A DNA stretch of 61,965 nucleotides, the filler included. It is 12 parts of 12 records of this genome, joined end to end, with 100 filler letters (N's around TTAATTAATTAA, not from the genome) between each part and the next. Parts side by side here need not be neighbours in the genome. Positions count along the whole stretch, not along the records: positions 34,699 to 38,429 come from SRR15195285_8887; positions 38,530 to 41,765 come from SRR15195285_8892; positions 41,866 to 45,664 come from SRR15195285_8903; positions 45,765 to 50,769 come from SRR15195285_8904; 8 more parts are not named here. One strand, written 5' to 3'. This document shows, piece after piece, positions 36,880 through 48,823 of the stretch (position 1 is the stretch's first letter; every line of letters begins with the position of its first letter). The translations under genes were made by a program, and so were the position numbers. Under the pieces are notes generated by a model, which was not told where the DNA came from, searched no databases, and worked only from the letters and a program-made list of their open reading frames with translations.

Positions 36880-38326
36880 CTACAGCTTCCCTGTTTGGCG
36901 CCATGTCGGGTCAATGAGGCGTTTTCGTTCTTCAGACGCCTCAGCAAACTCTCGCACGTTCTCTGCGGTTCCACCCGTAGACTTGTGAGCGGAAAATGTG
37001 CGCTCCACCATCGTCTTGTGGTTCGAGTCTGGGTACCAGTTGTAGTCGAGTTCGTAGGCGAGTCGCCGCGCATGCAGCTCATCACGCGTCTTCAATCGCG
37101 TTGGTGTCATTCCCAGTATGTAGATGGCTCGTAGAAGCTCGTTCGAGCCCTGGCTGGCGCTTATACCGCTAGGATCCTCTGCTGAGCAGCCCCCATGAAA
37201 CATTGCTGTATCTGTGTTGAAACATCCAGGAACGTCGACCCGGCGGGAAGTCATCGTGTGCTATGTAAATGAGGTGGCGACGGTGCGCACAGCACCACGA
37301 AGATGCAGACTGAGAGATCTAGCACTTACCAAAGATGACGAGGTCGCCGGCGCGTATGCATGACACGCAGGGTGTGAGACCGTTTGCCGTGAAACATTCA
37401 ATATCGGCCGCCTCGCTGGCGGCAGGCCCTATGTAGTTGCCATCATCGTCTATGCGAGCCTTGCGGAACGCGTTGATCTCGGGCACAAGTTTGTGCGAGC
37501 CAGGGACCACCGCAGTAGCTCCAGTTGCCTTGTTCATATCCCAGAGTGGGACGATCCCGTAGTAGTCTGTGTACTCGGGCTCGCCCGTCTGTGCTTCATT
37601 GAGCTTATCGTAGTAGCCGTTTTTGTGCGTGTGCATGCGTTGCATCACACCAAACTTCCCATGATCGAAGCTCTGCGCTGCCCTCTCCAGGGTCACTGGG
37701 TTTCCAGAACTCGTGGGAAGGTTTATCGACATGCGATCGAACGCAGCGGTCAGGTCGGGCGTGCCGATAGCTGTGGCGAACCCCTGAACAAGTTTGGGAG
37801 CCAAAGTGTAAGCGGTGTGTTCCTCAACACTTGCGGGATGCAGCACAGGATATCGAAACGGGTGGTGCGATGGATATAAGTTACCTGGATCACGCCTGGA
37901 CGCGTCCGACAGTACCACATGCTGTCGCAGTGTGCAGTGCACCTGGTAAACCACAACGGTCAAGTAAGTGCAGCTGCAGCTGCTTAAAACGTAAGGGGCG
38001 GCTTCCCGCGCGCACGAAATCAAGTGGTCGCCGTGGCCTTCAATCCACGTTGTCGGCCGCCCTTGCTTCCAGCCGATAGGCCGCGTCTGCGTCATCAGCG
38101 GCTGCTCGTTGCCCTCTAAGAACTGCCACAACAGTCTGCGACCCTCCTCGACTTCATCCGGAAGCATCGCTTCCTTGATTGTCGCAAAGCCATGCACGTG
38201 CAGAGACTTCCGGATGCCCTCCGCGTCGTCGCGCTCGAAGCGGGGCGGCTCCACCTCCGGTACGCCGCTGCTGTCGTAGCGCAACACCGTCCCGTCCTCC
38301 TCGACGACCACCTCGGTGACCTCCAT
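36880..38326 (-). CDS. PhyH-like Fe(II)/2-oxoglutarate dioxygenase, multi-exon
   Basis: LHVHGFATIK, HTH, PLWDM..GATAVVPGSHK, IRAGDLVIF|DTAMFHG, LRAIYI. Confidence 0.7.
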
Positions 38327-38429
38327 TGAGAGCTAGCTTCTGTTCAGAGCACGCAAATGAGTCGCGCGCTCGCGCCGGCGCGCCGCGGGAGCGCGCGCGG
38401 CGGCGGCCGCGATCGATCGCGCGGGGCGC

Positions 38430-38529
38430 NNNNNNNNNNNNNNNNNNNNNNNNNNNNNNNNNNNNNNNNNNNNTTAATTAATTAANNNNNNNNNNNNNNN
38501 NNNNNNNNNNNNNNNNNNNNNNNNNNNNN
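38430..38529. other. Artificial contig-joining spacer
   Basis: N44-TTAATTAATTAA-N44. Confidence 0.98.
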
Positions 38530-38868
38530 GTGATTTTCGAGTCATTCTCATTCATCTCTTGATCAGGTGAAGGGGGTGTTCAGTGTTGAAGAGCTCGATC
38601 GGCGGGACCACACTCGCCGGCGCCGAACCGGAACTTGCTTGCTCGTGGGGACGTGGGCCGGATCCGAGGCGAGCAATACCGCGTACCGCTCCCACGTCAT
38701 TCTCGCGCTAGCGGGATCGGAGGGACGGACGCGATCGCGCGCGGCCCGCCTGGGTGCGCTCCGTCGCCCTGCTGGGCGCCGCGGACAAGGCCCCGATAAC
38801 CCGCAGGCAATACGCAACGTGTGTGTTAACCCTTCACCACCACGAAGACTACGACTACTAGTATCACT

Positions 38869-40074
38869 ATGGCCGCCGCAGCACTAGCTCGCTTGCACTC
38901 AGCCCCGCAGTTGCTCAAGCTCCGCCCAAGCGGCTCAGATGTCATCGAGGAGGACGAGGACACCACTGTGCCGGCGTCTTTATGGCAAGATGATCTGCCG
39001 CCGGGCATGTCTGCAGTTGTGGAGCGGCAGGACGGCCCACTGTTCATGTCTTGGGATCAGCTGCAGTGCTCCTGCGCGATATGCTTCGAGGACTTCCCCG
39101 CCGAGCAGCTGCGGTCGATCACAGGTACTTGTGCTCACCGGTACTGCACGGACTGCTGCTACAACTACATCAAGGGTAAAGTAGACGCACACGAGGTCAG
39201 CGCGGAGATCTTCCACTGCCCAGAGTGCCCTCGGCCGGTAGAAGTAGACGCTGTTGATTCCATCTGTCGCAACGTTGGCGACGAGGAGCTCCGCTCACGG
39301 TTCACCGCACTACGGTCGCTCGCAGACGACCAGAAGACGGTCGCCTGTCCAGTTTGCGCAACTATCTCGCGAAAGAGTTTGTTCTCAAACTCGATGACCT
39401 GTGGTAGCTGCGCACTTGTGTACTGCTTCGAGCACGGCACTGCGCACGCCGGCCGCTCGTGCCGCGCGTTCAAGAAGCAACAGAATGCAGAGTTGGCCAT
39501 GAACGCAGAGTTCCTGCGGAGCGAACGGGTCCACAGCTGCCCGAAGTGCAAGTCACCAATCGAGAAAAATGGCGGGTGTATGCACATGACATGCTCGCGC
39601 TGCAGATACGAGTTCTGCTGGATGTGTCGGCTGCCTTGGAATCGTTGGCACCACAAAAATCCCTTTAAGCATGTTTGCTGTCCTGGATCTACGCACCACT
39701 GGAGCCGTATCGTCCAGCCTGAGCACTGGACTGCGAGGAAGCTGCTTGCAGCACGGGCAACGACGGTGATTCTTGGTCCCCCGATCGTAGTGGCCGGGGT
39801 CGGGGTTGTAATATGTGGGGGTCTAGTGGTCATAGTTCTCGCCTGCCCAGTGTTGGGCATCGCCGCATGCGTGAAGAAATGCAGCCAGAGATCCAGAGCT
39901 CGTGCGCTCCGATTGCAAGCAGTGGAGAACCGCAAGCAAATGGCGGGGCTCGCAGCTGGTAGCGCAGAGTTTGCGGGGCAATATTTTGCCGAACACGGCG
40001 TGTGGCCTCCTACAACGCAGCTGAACGCCGAAGGAGAACGAGAACCAGACAGAGAAGGAGAGGAAGGACAGTAG
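38869..40074 (+). CDS. RBR-type E3 ubiquitin ligase with a C-terminal membrane anchor (RNF144/RNF19/RNF217-like)
   Basis: RING1 CAIC..CAHRYCTDC..CPEC, IBR CPVC..CGSC..CFEH..H..C, RING2 CPKCKSPIEKNGGCMHMTC..CRYEFCWMC, then a hydrophobic segment. Confidence 0.9.
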   Translation: MAAAALARLHSAPQLLKLRPSGSDVIEEDEDTTVPASLWQDDLPPGMSAVVERQDGPLFMSWDQLQCSCAICFEDFPAEQLRSITGTCAHRYCTDCCYNYIKGKVDAHEVSAEIFHCPECPRPVEVDAVDSICRNVGDEELRSRFTALRSLADDQKTVACPVCATISRKSLFSNSMTCGSCALVYCFEHGTAHAGRSCRAFKKQQNAELAMNAEFLRSERVHSCPKCKSPIEKNGGCMHMTCSRCRYEFCWMCRLPWNRWHHKNPFKHVCCPGSTHHWSRIVQPEHWTARKLLAARATTVILGPPIVVAGVGVVICGGLVVIVLACPVLGIAACVKKCSQRSRARALRLQAVENRKQMAGLAAGSAEFAGQYFAEHGVWPPTTQLNAEGEREPDREGEEGQ

Positions 40075-40719
40075 GAACGCAGCTAGAGCAACAAACCTTG
40101 CAACTTACTGGTATTCTCCTTGCCTCAGCGGTTTGTGCTACGGACACTTGCATTGACCATTGCCACTGGCCCAGCCGAGAATGCACCCTCCAAAAGCCTC
40201 TCCCGGAACTGACCTGTTCCCAAAGCTTGATCCAATCGTACAATAGCAACCATAGTGTCAGTGGCTGCGGCTAATCTCCGCACGTTCCGTCGCCTTCCAC
40301 ACCACGCAGTCACTAAACTCAGTGGCAAAGCTCGGCACATGCCCGGTCGGACTGCGTGGTACAAAACAATTGTTGCATCTGCTTTCCGACTACAACGCCA
40401 ATCTGTCTATCACGATACATTTGGCATTGCAGACAGCCCGCTTGAAAGGGCGACTTTCGCTCCCTCGATTATGAGCTTGGGCGTGAGAGCGAAGAGGAGG
40501 GTGGAACAGGACCGCGGCGACAGCTGTCGAAAACACTACCGAAGTTGGGGCGAAGATGATTGTGACTGGAGTAGACGGCACAGGAAAGGCAGTGTTCGAT
40601 CGGCAGACCGAGTTAACCGTAACCGCAAAGCTGTGATTGCTCGGTTAATTGCATTTTACGATAATCGTACTGGAATGCTGCACCACAGCAGTGTCGTTGT
40701 CTCATGCCACTCCGAGATA

Positions 40720-41658
40720 TCAGAGCTTGGGTGTCGACGTCTCCATCGCTTCCTGCTGTTGCACCCACGCTGTCAGCGGCACGTCAGCCTCATGTGTGCG
40801 GTAGTATGCACTGGTCGGCTCGAACACCGGGTCTTCTCCCATCACAGCACCAGATGGCACGTGCCCGAGTAGCTGCTGTCGGATTGGAGAGCAGCGAGCC
40901 AACAGGGCGGGGTCCTGCTCATTGTAATCCGTCGGGCGCAACCATCTATGGTGATAACCAATGTGCAGTATCTTTCGTGTTTCACGACCCAGATGTGGCC
41001 CGACACAGTGCCAGCAAGCGGTTCTCCAAAGGACTGCGGCGCCGGCAGGGAGATGCAGCTCGAGCGCCCCGGGCGGTGGCGTGGTGACTCCAGACGCCTG
41101 CCACTCACGCAGCTCGCTAAGCTGCCGCTTGTGGGATCCCGCTGCCAACCACAAGTTCCCACTGTTTGCCTCTCGCATATCACTCAAAGTGTAAAATGCT
41201 TTCAACTCCATGAAAGGCAGAATTCCGTCGTGGGATGCCTGCAAGAACAACCCGGCCAGGTCTGGATGCCACCCAGTGTTGTTTGCACTTGGTACAGCAT
41301 TTTTGGATGGATCTATGTGCAGATTAGCTCGGAGCTCCTCCTGCACAGCCTGGCTGTAAGGCGGCCGGTAATCCAGGTGACTAGTGCGAAGTTGGATATT
41401 GGGCCCGATTGCATCCACGACCAGAGGCAGCATCTTGGGGTGGTCGACCAGGTCCAAGAACGCATCGTCATGCGCCACGACATTGCGAATGGCGAACGGC
41501 GCGTCGCTGTCTTTCCCGTTCGCGCCACGCCACACGTCGCCCACGCGGTCGACTGCCTGTAGAAGGCGCTGCAGCTCCGACTCCGTGAAGAAGTCCTCGA
41601 TGATGATGAGGCCGTCCTCCTCCCAGGAGCGCTTCTGCTCTGCCGTCATGGCAAGCAT
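40720..41658 (-). CDS. Phytanoyl-CoA dioxygenase (PhyH) family protein, possibly peroxisomal
   Basis: QKRSWEEDGLIII, WHPD, GNLWLAAGSH, AGAAVLW..WHC..R; C-terminal PKL (PTS1-like). Confidence 0.85.
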   Translation of the reverse strand: MLAMTAEQKRSWEEDGLIIIEDFFTESELQRLLQAVDRVGDVWRGANGKDSDAPFAIRNVVAHDDAFLDLVDHPKMLPLVVDAIGPNIQLRTSHLDYRPPYSQAVQEELRANLHIDPSKNAVPSANNTGWHPDLAGLFLQASHDGILPFMELKAFYTLSDMREANSGNLWLAAGSHKRQLSELREWQASGVTTPPPGALELHLPAGAAVLWRTACWHCVGPHLGRETRKILHIGYHHRWLRPTDYNEQDPALLARCSPIRQQLLGHVPSGAVMGEDPVFEPTSAYYRTHEADVPLTAWVQQQEAMETSTPKL

Positions 41659-41765
41659 GGCTGCGCCGCGCGCGCGCTACGCGTACAGCTCGCTGAGCGC
41701 GCGCTTCGCGGCCACGCGCAACGCCGCAACCAACGCCCCAGCAGTTCTGAGCCGCCATGAAGCAT

Positions 41766-41865
41766 NNNNNNNNNNNNNNNNNNNNNNNNNNNNNNNNNNN
41801 NNNNNNNNNTTAATTAATTAANNNNNNNNNNNNNNNNNNNNNNNNNNNNNNNNNNNNNNNNNNNN
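41766..41865. other. Artificial contig-joining spacer
   Basis: N44-TTAATTAATTAA-N44. Confidence 0.98.
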
Positions 41866-44073
41866 ATTTGGGACACCGACAGCAATAGATTTGCACTGGC
41901 GTACAGTGTGTTTCTGTCGTTGTGGTCGACACTTTTTCTAGAGTCTTGGACAAGATATGAGAATGAGCTAAAGTTTCGGTGGGGGAGCGAAGGATTCGAA
42001 GCGACAGAGGAACCCCGGCCGCAGTTTCGTGGAATGCTGGAACAGAATCCCGATACAGGCATCGCAAAGATGGTGCACAAGAAAGGCGTGAGCTTTTATA
42101 AACGCCAGGGCCGCATTACTGTCAGCTGGACGATGTCTTTCGCGATGATTTTGGCTACTGTGACGGCGGCGATTAACGCGTATTTGGTCCGTGAGATAGG
42201 CAAAGGTGGCGTGCGAAATGTTACGGCGACCATTCTTTTTGATTCATTCAACATTACCGGGCTGAATGGTCAGATTTTGCTTGCTAATGAGGAGCATCAA
42301 TGTATACCGTTTGTAGAGAGTTGGCCTCGAGACACTTGGGATGAAAAATACTATATCACGAATGACACAGCTACAACAGCATCAGGCCTAGGGGCCCTGC
42401 GGTGTGATAAAGGTGCCGTGGGCAAGCCAGAAACTGAATGTCCGGGGAATGGTGAGCCGTTCAAGAAACTGACAGGATGTGATACGCCGTCAGGGTTTCA
42501 AAAAAACAAGTACAAGTGGGGGTCAAGCTTCGTTTCACTTGTCTGCATTCAGCTCGCTTCGCGCACGTACAAACCGATGGCGGTCAAGCTGACAGACTGG
42601 GAAAATCATCGTACGCAAACTGAATACGACGACTCGCTCGTTGTCAAGAACTTTATGTTCGAGTTCATCAACAACTACTTCACTCTTTTCTTCATCGCAT
42701 TCCTGATGGGCAACATTGACATTCCATTCTACGGTTTGTGGACGTACCTTTCGGACACAGTCTTGAGGGAAGGAGTATTTCCTGATGAAATGACGCCATG
42801 CCAAGACAGTGACGGACAAATCATGAGCAGCTGCATGGGTATCCTCCAAAGGCAGTTGCTCGTCGTGTTTACTGGCAAACAGATGGCATCGTTGCTCAAG
42901 CAGTACATCAAACCAAAGCTAACAACGCGCGGTCGCGTTAACAAAGAGAACGCAGAGATCGTTGAGAAGAATAAGTTCCGAGCTGAAGGACACAAATATC
43001 CGCTGGAGATTGACAATCAGTTTGAAAGGGAAAAGTTTCTGGCGCCGTACGATTCGAACTTCGATGACTTCAAAGAAATGTCTGTTCAGTTCGGCTACGC
43101 AACGCTGTTTGCTGTTTCCTACCCGCTGGCGGCAACGTTCGCTTGGATAAACAATCTGATCGAGATGAGACTGGATGCCTACCAGCTCTGCAATATGCAT
43201 CGACGGGCAAACTGGAGACAACAGGAGGATATTGGGAGCTGGGCAGCAGTATTTCAGATGATAAGTGTAATCAACGTGATGACGAATGCGTGCTTAGTTG
43301 GTTTCGTGGGAAGTCAAGTCGCGAGAATGGTGGAACCAAACAATCCGGAAGTAACTGATTCGTTTTTGGGACGTTTTACGATGTGGCAAATGTGGGTCGT
43401 AGTCGTGCTAGCGGAGCATGGGGCGTTCTCGATCAAATTTTTGATCAAGTTCGTTGCTCCATCAGTTCCTGAATGGATTGATGGTGCTCGTGAGTACATC
43501 CAAATCCGTAGTGAGACTGATCTGAAGATTGATCCAGCGTCCACCACGAAACTGCAGCTCAGGCAGCTCCCACCGAGGCAGAAGCCGATGCCACGAAGCG
43601 GGACAACCGCGAATCCGCTCGGGCAGGGTTCGCTGCCTGCATCAGCTGAGCAAGAGATGGCCAAAACGCCGGCAGAAGTAGAGCAAGAAGAGGAAGCGAA
43701 GCTTCAAGAGTTGTGGAAAACGGTTGACGCCGATGGCTCCGGGCTTCTGGATGCCGTTGAGGTGCGAGAAGTCATGAAGAAAATGGGAAAGGACTTGAGC
43801 GATGCCGAGTTCAACGATGCGGTGCGTGAACATCCCCAACCTTTTCCCATTCTAGTTGTTCACACTACACGACTGGATGATTTGTATAGCACGAGCGCGT
43901 GTGTTTGTGCATGCGAGTGATGTGTTGGATCTTGTCTGTAGTTCGCCGAGGTCGATATAGACGGCTCTGGCGAGCTTGACTTCGGGGAGTTTCTTGCATG
44001 GTGGCAGAAGCAGGACCCAGAAGCACAGAGGCAGTTGATGCTGCTATCCGATGTCAATTTTGACGATCTATGA
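41866..44073 (+). CDS. 5'-truncated anoctamin (TMEM16) with a C-terminal EF-hand pair; intron 43822-43941
   Basis: WSTLFLESW, LTDWENHRT..KNFMFEFINNY..FFIAF, DDFKEMSVQFGY..LFAVSYPLA..NNLIEMRLDA, DIGSW, EH. EF-hands DADGSGLLDAVE and DIDGSGELDFGEF. Confidence 0.9.
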
Positions 44074-44139
44074 TGGGTTCAATGATGGGAACATGACAAG
44101 TCACGTATGCCAGTATACGAGCTTCGATTCAATTCATGC

Positions 44140-45664
44140 CTACCGACCCATAACGCCTGATATTGTTCCCTCGTTTGTATGCCAATCTGCCTTCGTCGGT
44201 ATTGCATCCTTCAACCAGCATGCACCTCGTTTCTGCTTTGCTGGGTCTCCCACTATGAACCTGCCCAGATGAAATGCAATGTTTCGATCAGTAAAACGCA
44301 CCGAGCAGTCGTGCTCTGTTTTGAACAATATCGTCCGAGGGCAAACTCCGTACGTCCATGCGACACAGCCTGCTTCATTGGCACATAGCTCGCAACAGTC
44401 TTCGTGATTTTCCGCGTACAGCTGTCGTGAAAACACAATCGTGGCCCAGACACGGTCAGTCGATGGTGCAGCAGCTGTGTCTACCCAGTACAAGACTCAC
44501 CCCGGTTAAATCGTGACCATAGAAATCGATCGTTGGCCGGACGTCACATGTTGCTGCTCCATGTTCTGGCTGTGGCGTTGCCCTCTCAGAACTAGGCACT
44601 GGTGGCTGCGCTATATCAATATTCTGCTGGATCATGGTCATGCGATGCTCCTGCATTGTGCCAAGGAATATCAATGCACCGCACTGTAAGAGTCGCGCAA
44701 AACATCACATGTTGCTGTGGGTGGTCAATTAGCAGGCCAGCAAATGCAACTCACGATCAGAACTGCCCGATCCATGTCAGTGGTGGCCTGACCGATTGGG
44801 TGAAGCGTCTGGCCACGAGCATGGCGTAGACTATTAAGCGATTGAGTCTTGGTCAAGTTTTCAGCCTTCACAACAATGTCCGATTTGTAGCTGAAGCACT
44901 TTTCCACCCGTGCGATTGATGGCCGCCGGTACTTAGTCACTGGATGTAGCGTCCCCATGTTAGGCATCCACACAGCTTCAGGCATCATCGCAAACGCCTT
45001 CAGTGTACCATGCTCAACCATGTTCGACAAGTGCCAGTCAATGGCAGCAGAACAAGACGGCATCATTGACGGCTTTCCGCCATCAAACCTTTTAGGGTAC
45101 TCGTATTCACCATAGTGTACAACTGCTCGCTCCTCCCTGCACGGAAGGCTGCGGATGATCTTCTCAGCCCCTTTGGCGCTCACAGCGAACGCCGCACCAG
45201 ACATGAAGATCTTCACTGGCACCAGACCCGATCCCTTTACAACTTCTGCCTGCCCAACGGAATCTTCCTCGCAGAATTCTTTCCATAGTGATTCCGTGGT
45301 GCAGTACCAGTTTAACAGGAACAGATCCCAGTCCGGTGGAAGTGCAGCAGCCGCCTTTAGGAAGCGCGCAGCAAAATCATCGTCGAACGTCACATCGTCC
45401 TCGAATACCATCGCGTGTTTTCTGACTCGGTCGGACGCACAATCTTCGATCACTAGTGTTCTTTGCGGTGGATAAGCATCCACAAGAAACTCAGCCAGCA
45501 GACGCTGATCGTTGCGCGACGCGGCTCGCACGCGCCATACATGCCCGATAGTCGTAGCGTGCACGATTGATGCACCAGGAGCGAGCGGTGGAATGTCCTT
45601 AGCTTGGATTTCGTTGCCATCGTAATCCAACCACAACAATAATACGGGTACCTCAGCTGCGTTC
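44140..45664 (-). CDS. 5'-truncated GT25-like glycosyltransferase with a VHL-beta-like domain and a C-terminal PAN/apple domain, multi-exon
   Basis: WLDYDGNE..LAPG..TTIGHVWRVR (VHL-like). VFEDD..LPPDWDL..AFAVSAKGAEKI..IDWHL (GT25). DFYGHDL..CCELC..GCVAWTY..CWLK (PAN). Confidence 0.6.
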
Positions 45665-45764
45665 NNNNNNNNNNNNNNNNNNNNNNNNNNNNNNNNNNNN
45701 NNNNNNNNTTAATTAATTAANNNNNNNNNNNNNNNNNNNNNNNNNNNNNNNNNNNNNNNNNNNN
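45665..45764. other. Artificial contig-joining spacer
   Basis: N44-TTAATTAATTAA-N44. Confidence 0.98.
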
Positions 45765-46191
45765 CAGCCTTTTCTTTTACCCAAAAGATCAGTAGGGAAA
45801 ATACGGGGGTTCTACGAAGTGAGATGCGCGTTTTGTGAATCGAAGTTCGGGGCGGGTGTTCATGGATGGAGGCCATTCTCTTTGGTTCGTTTGTTGAACT
45901 TGCGATTTCAACATGCGGAACAGTCTCTGCATAATTTTACTGCAGCTGTATTGATAGTATATTCATTGTATTGATAGTAGCACGGGTCAAGGGCTTACCG
46001 GCGTGATGGTACTGCGGATTCCCGAAGGTACCAGGGAGCGTGTGGCGCGGCGCGCGCGCCCGCGCGCGCGGCGGCCAGCAGATCAGAGCAGGCTGCGCGC
46101 GTCCTCGGCCGCGAAGTCGCAGCAGCCCTACGTACGCAGCCCTAGCGACTTCTGTCCGCACGCGCGTGCCACGTGCCAGTGGATTCGAGTG

Positions 46192-48442
46192 ATGCCACGA
46201 GCCACGTGGAGTCGTCTACCCCCGCCCGACCCGGACAGCAGTGCCACTGCAGGGCTGAGGTCGCTGGCCGTGCCACTGCGCACGGATGACGTACTATCGT
46301 CGCCGGTCAACGGGCACACCGGTATCGCCAGCGCCACACACTCGCTGCGCTCCGGGATTCGGGAGGAGACTAGGGCGGGCGAATGCGCACCACGACGGTT
46401 GTCACGTCAAAGGTCGCAGTCACAGCGGGACCTGGGGAGTTCTGTGCTGATTGTGTCGCTCATCACGCCGTCGGTTCTGAACTGGGTGATCCTCGTCGCT
46501 AGTCGCTGGAGGACATCGACGTTGATCGACAGTGATGGTCTATCGCATGAAGTGTACCTGAACCGCGACTACAATGCGGAAAATATCATCTTTTGCACCT
46601 CGGCAGCTTGGTGCAGCTCTTCCGTAAGCGCTCATATTTGGCTGACGCTCGGCGAGACGGCAAGACGTCATTATCTATCCGTTGATGGGCAGCGCAATGG
46701 GCTGTCGTTTGCCGACCGTTTAGAACAAAGTTGGAAAGAAGTTGCTGAACTCACTCGTGCCGAGCTGCTCCACATCTTGATGGTTTCATGTGACTTCTTC
46801 TTCGCGGTATGCACCTGTCGCTGTCCGCCCCCTCCATGCGCGCGAGAAACGTTTCTACCAGCCAGCCCGTTCACGACCACCTGTTGCTGCTGCAATCCAC
46901 TTTACTGTGCGCAGGCACTGTGGGTCGGATCAGCTGCGTTCAACGGTACTGTGTACGTCACGTGTGCTGCTGTTTTGCCTGGTCTGGGAATATTCATGGC
47001 AGTCAAGTTTGTTTTCGCTCGTGCTCGAGCGACAATCCTCATGAAGCAAAGGCACGACACCGCCTCGTTTGCAACTCGGGCGTTGAAAGGAACGCTTATG
47101 ATACTTATGCTGCATTGCTTTCTGCTAGCTGTACTTGTGGGGAGAATAACCAATTATCCGGTTGATCTACTTCATGGAGACTGTGAATTCGCTGACAATC
47201 AGTTTGCAGTATGGAACAACTCGTTTGAGTTCGCTGCTCCGATCAACAGCTGCAATAAAGGGTTGTTTATGTCATATCACAGTTCTGCGGCGTGGGTCTT
47301 CAGCCGCTACGGCAAGCTGAGAGCAACATTCTGGGCAACTTTTGCTTTGATCTACTATTTCGGGTTTGGATCGGTGCTTTATTATACTGTGAGCGCAAAC
47401 ATAGATATTCCAAGGCTGTGGTATATCTGTTTCTGTGACTAGTTGGCTAGTCACAGCTCATCATTGTTCGCCTGTGCTGGGCGCCTGGTCGATGCAGTCT
47501 CTTACACACGACAATGAATTGTGCGACGCAGGCTCGTGGACAAGAGCTGCTGCACGACAAGGTCTTCAGTGAGCTTTCAATGACAAGGGTGCACGTCACA
47601 GCGTTTGGGTTTTGGGTACTAGCGACGCTTGGAGCCCTGATGGCGACAGCTTCGCTTGTTGCGGAATGGGGAGGGAACATGGAGGGCCCTGATTGGGCCT
47701 TTCAGGGCACGTATTTCAAAGTTGTGCATGTTTGCACGGCCGGTGGGCTCTTTGGAGTAATGTTTGTCCTCTGGTTTGACGTGATTGCAGCGCTTTTTGT
47801 TCCGACTTCAAGACGAAGCCCACGGGTGACTTTTGGCAAGCCGCCGCAGCAGACCGCATTCTTCTCGCTGAGATTTGGCCCTGAGCATGGTGTGCAGCCG
47901 ATGGCAAAGGTGCTCCAGGCTGCGCTGGCTGAGCATGGAATTGACGGCAAGATCATCGACATGGAGGCAGGTGCGTAGCTCAAACCTACGTCGGCTGGGA
48001 CCACATGCTAGACTTCCAGCACGCCTGCACTCTAAAGTTCGTGGCTGTAGCTGACCTCCATACCCTCTATCTCTCTGAATGTGTCTCTATGCGCGCGTTC
48101 GCGCACGCATTTGTGTGTCGCCGTCGTGTAGATGGCAACATCAAAAACGAGGTCTTCAAGGCCATCGAATACTCGAGTACTTTCATTGCTTTCGGATCAA
48201 AACACTATGGTGAAGACACAGGTAACTCCGCGAGCACGTGCAAGGAGTCACTGTACGTTGAGGGATCCGCGTGTGCAGGCAAGAAGATCGTCCGAATACG
48301 CATGATTCCATTCGGGGAGCAGTTTGCTCATGTGCAGGGTCGAACTTTCTTCGGCATGAACGACCTTGAGCTGCCATGGATGCTAGGCGACAAGATGCCA
48401 GATGAGTTGGTGTCGAAAATCCTAGAGGTGATGCAAAAGTGA
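46192..48442 (+). CDS. Multipass membrane protein with a C-terminal TIR-like domain (about 4 exons; middle join uncertain)
   Basis: Several hydrophobic helices, then AFFSLRF..AKVLQAAL..G|DGNIKNEVFKAIEYSSTFIAFGSKHY..STCKE..KIVRIRM. Confidence 0.55.
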
Positions 48443-48823
48443 ATTGAATTAGACCTCATTGGCTGAAAAAAAGAAATTGGCTCGAAGGCAAGTGACCCTG
48501 TCGTCATTGGGTGTAGACTCTATGCGTCACAATGAATTCTCAAAAGGTACGTTGAAGTTGTTGGTGGGAAAAGTGCCAGCGTGGTGCAGAATAATGAGCC
48601 CCTTGAACGCGAGTGTGAAGCAGGTCGTGGTGACCTATAGCGCTCCGACGGCTAAGCGATAAGTGAGATACGAACTATGAACTACTCACATGCGTGTATG
48701 CAAAGCGTCTCATCCTCGGTAACTCAGGTACCACTCTAGTACAATTCTAGTACGAGAACGGGCTATAGTGGTACGGCTCGCAATGGTGTTGGTATGCATT
48801 GTCGCACTCGGTCAAGGACATGC

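Noticed and set aside
40255-40872. 205-aa plus-strand ORF between the RBR and PhyH genes
   Set aside because: Non-ATG start, overlaps PhyH antisense, and no recognisable motif
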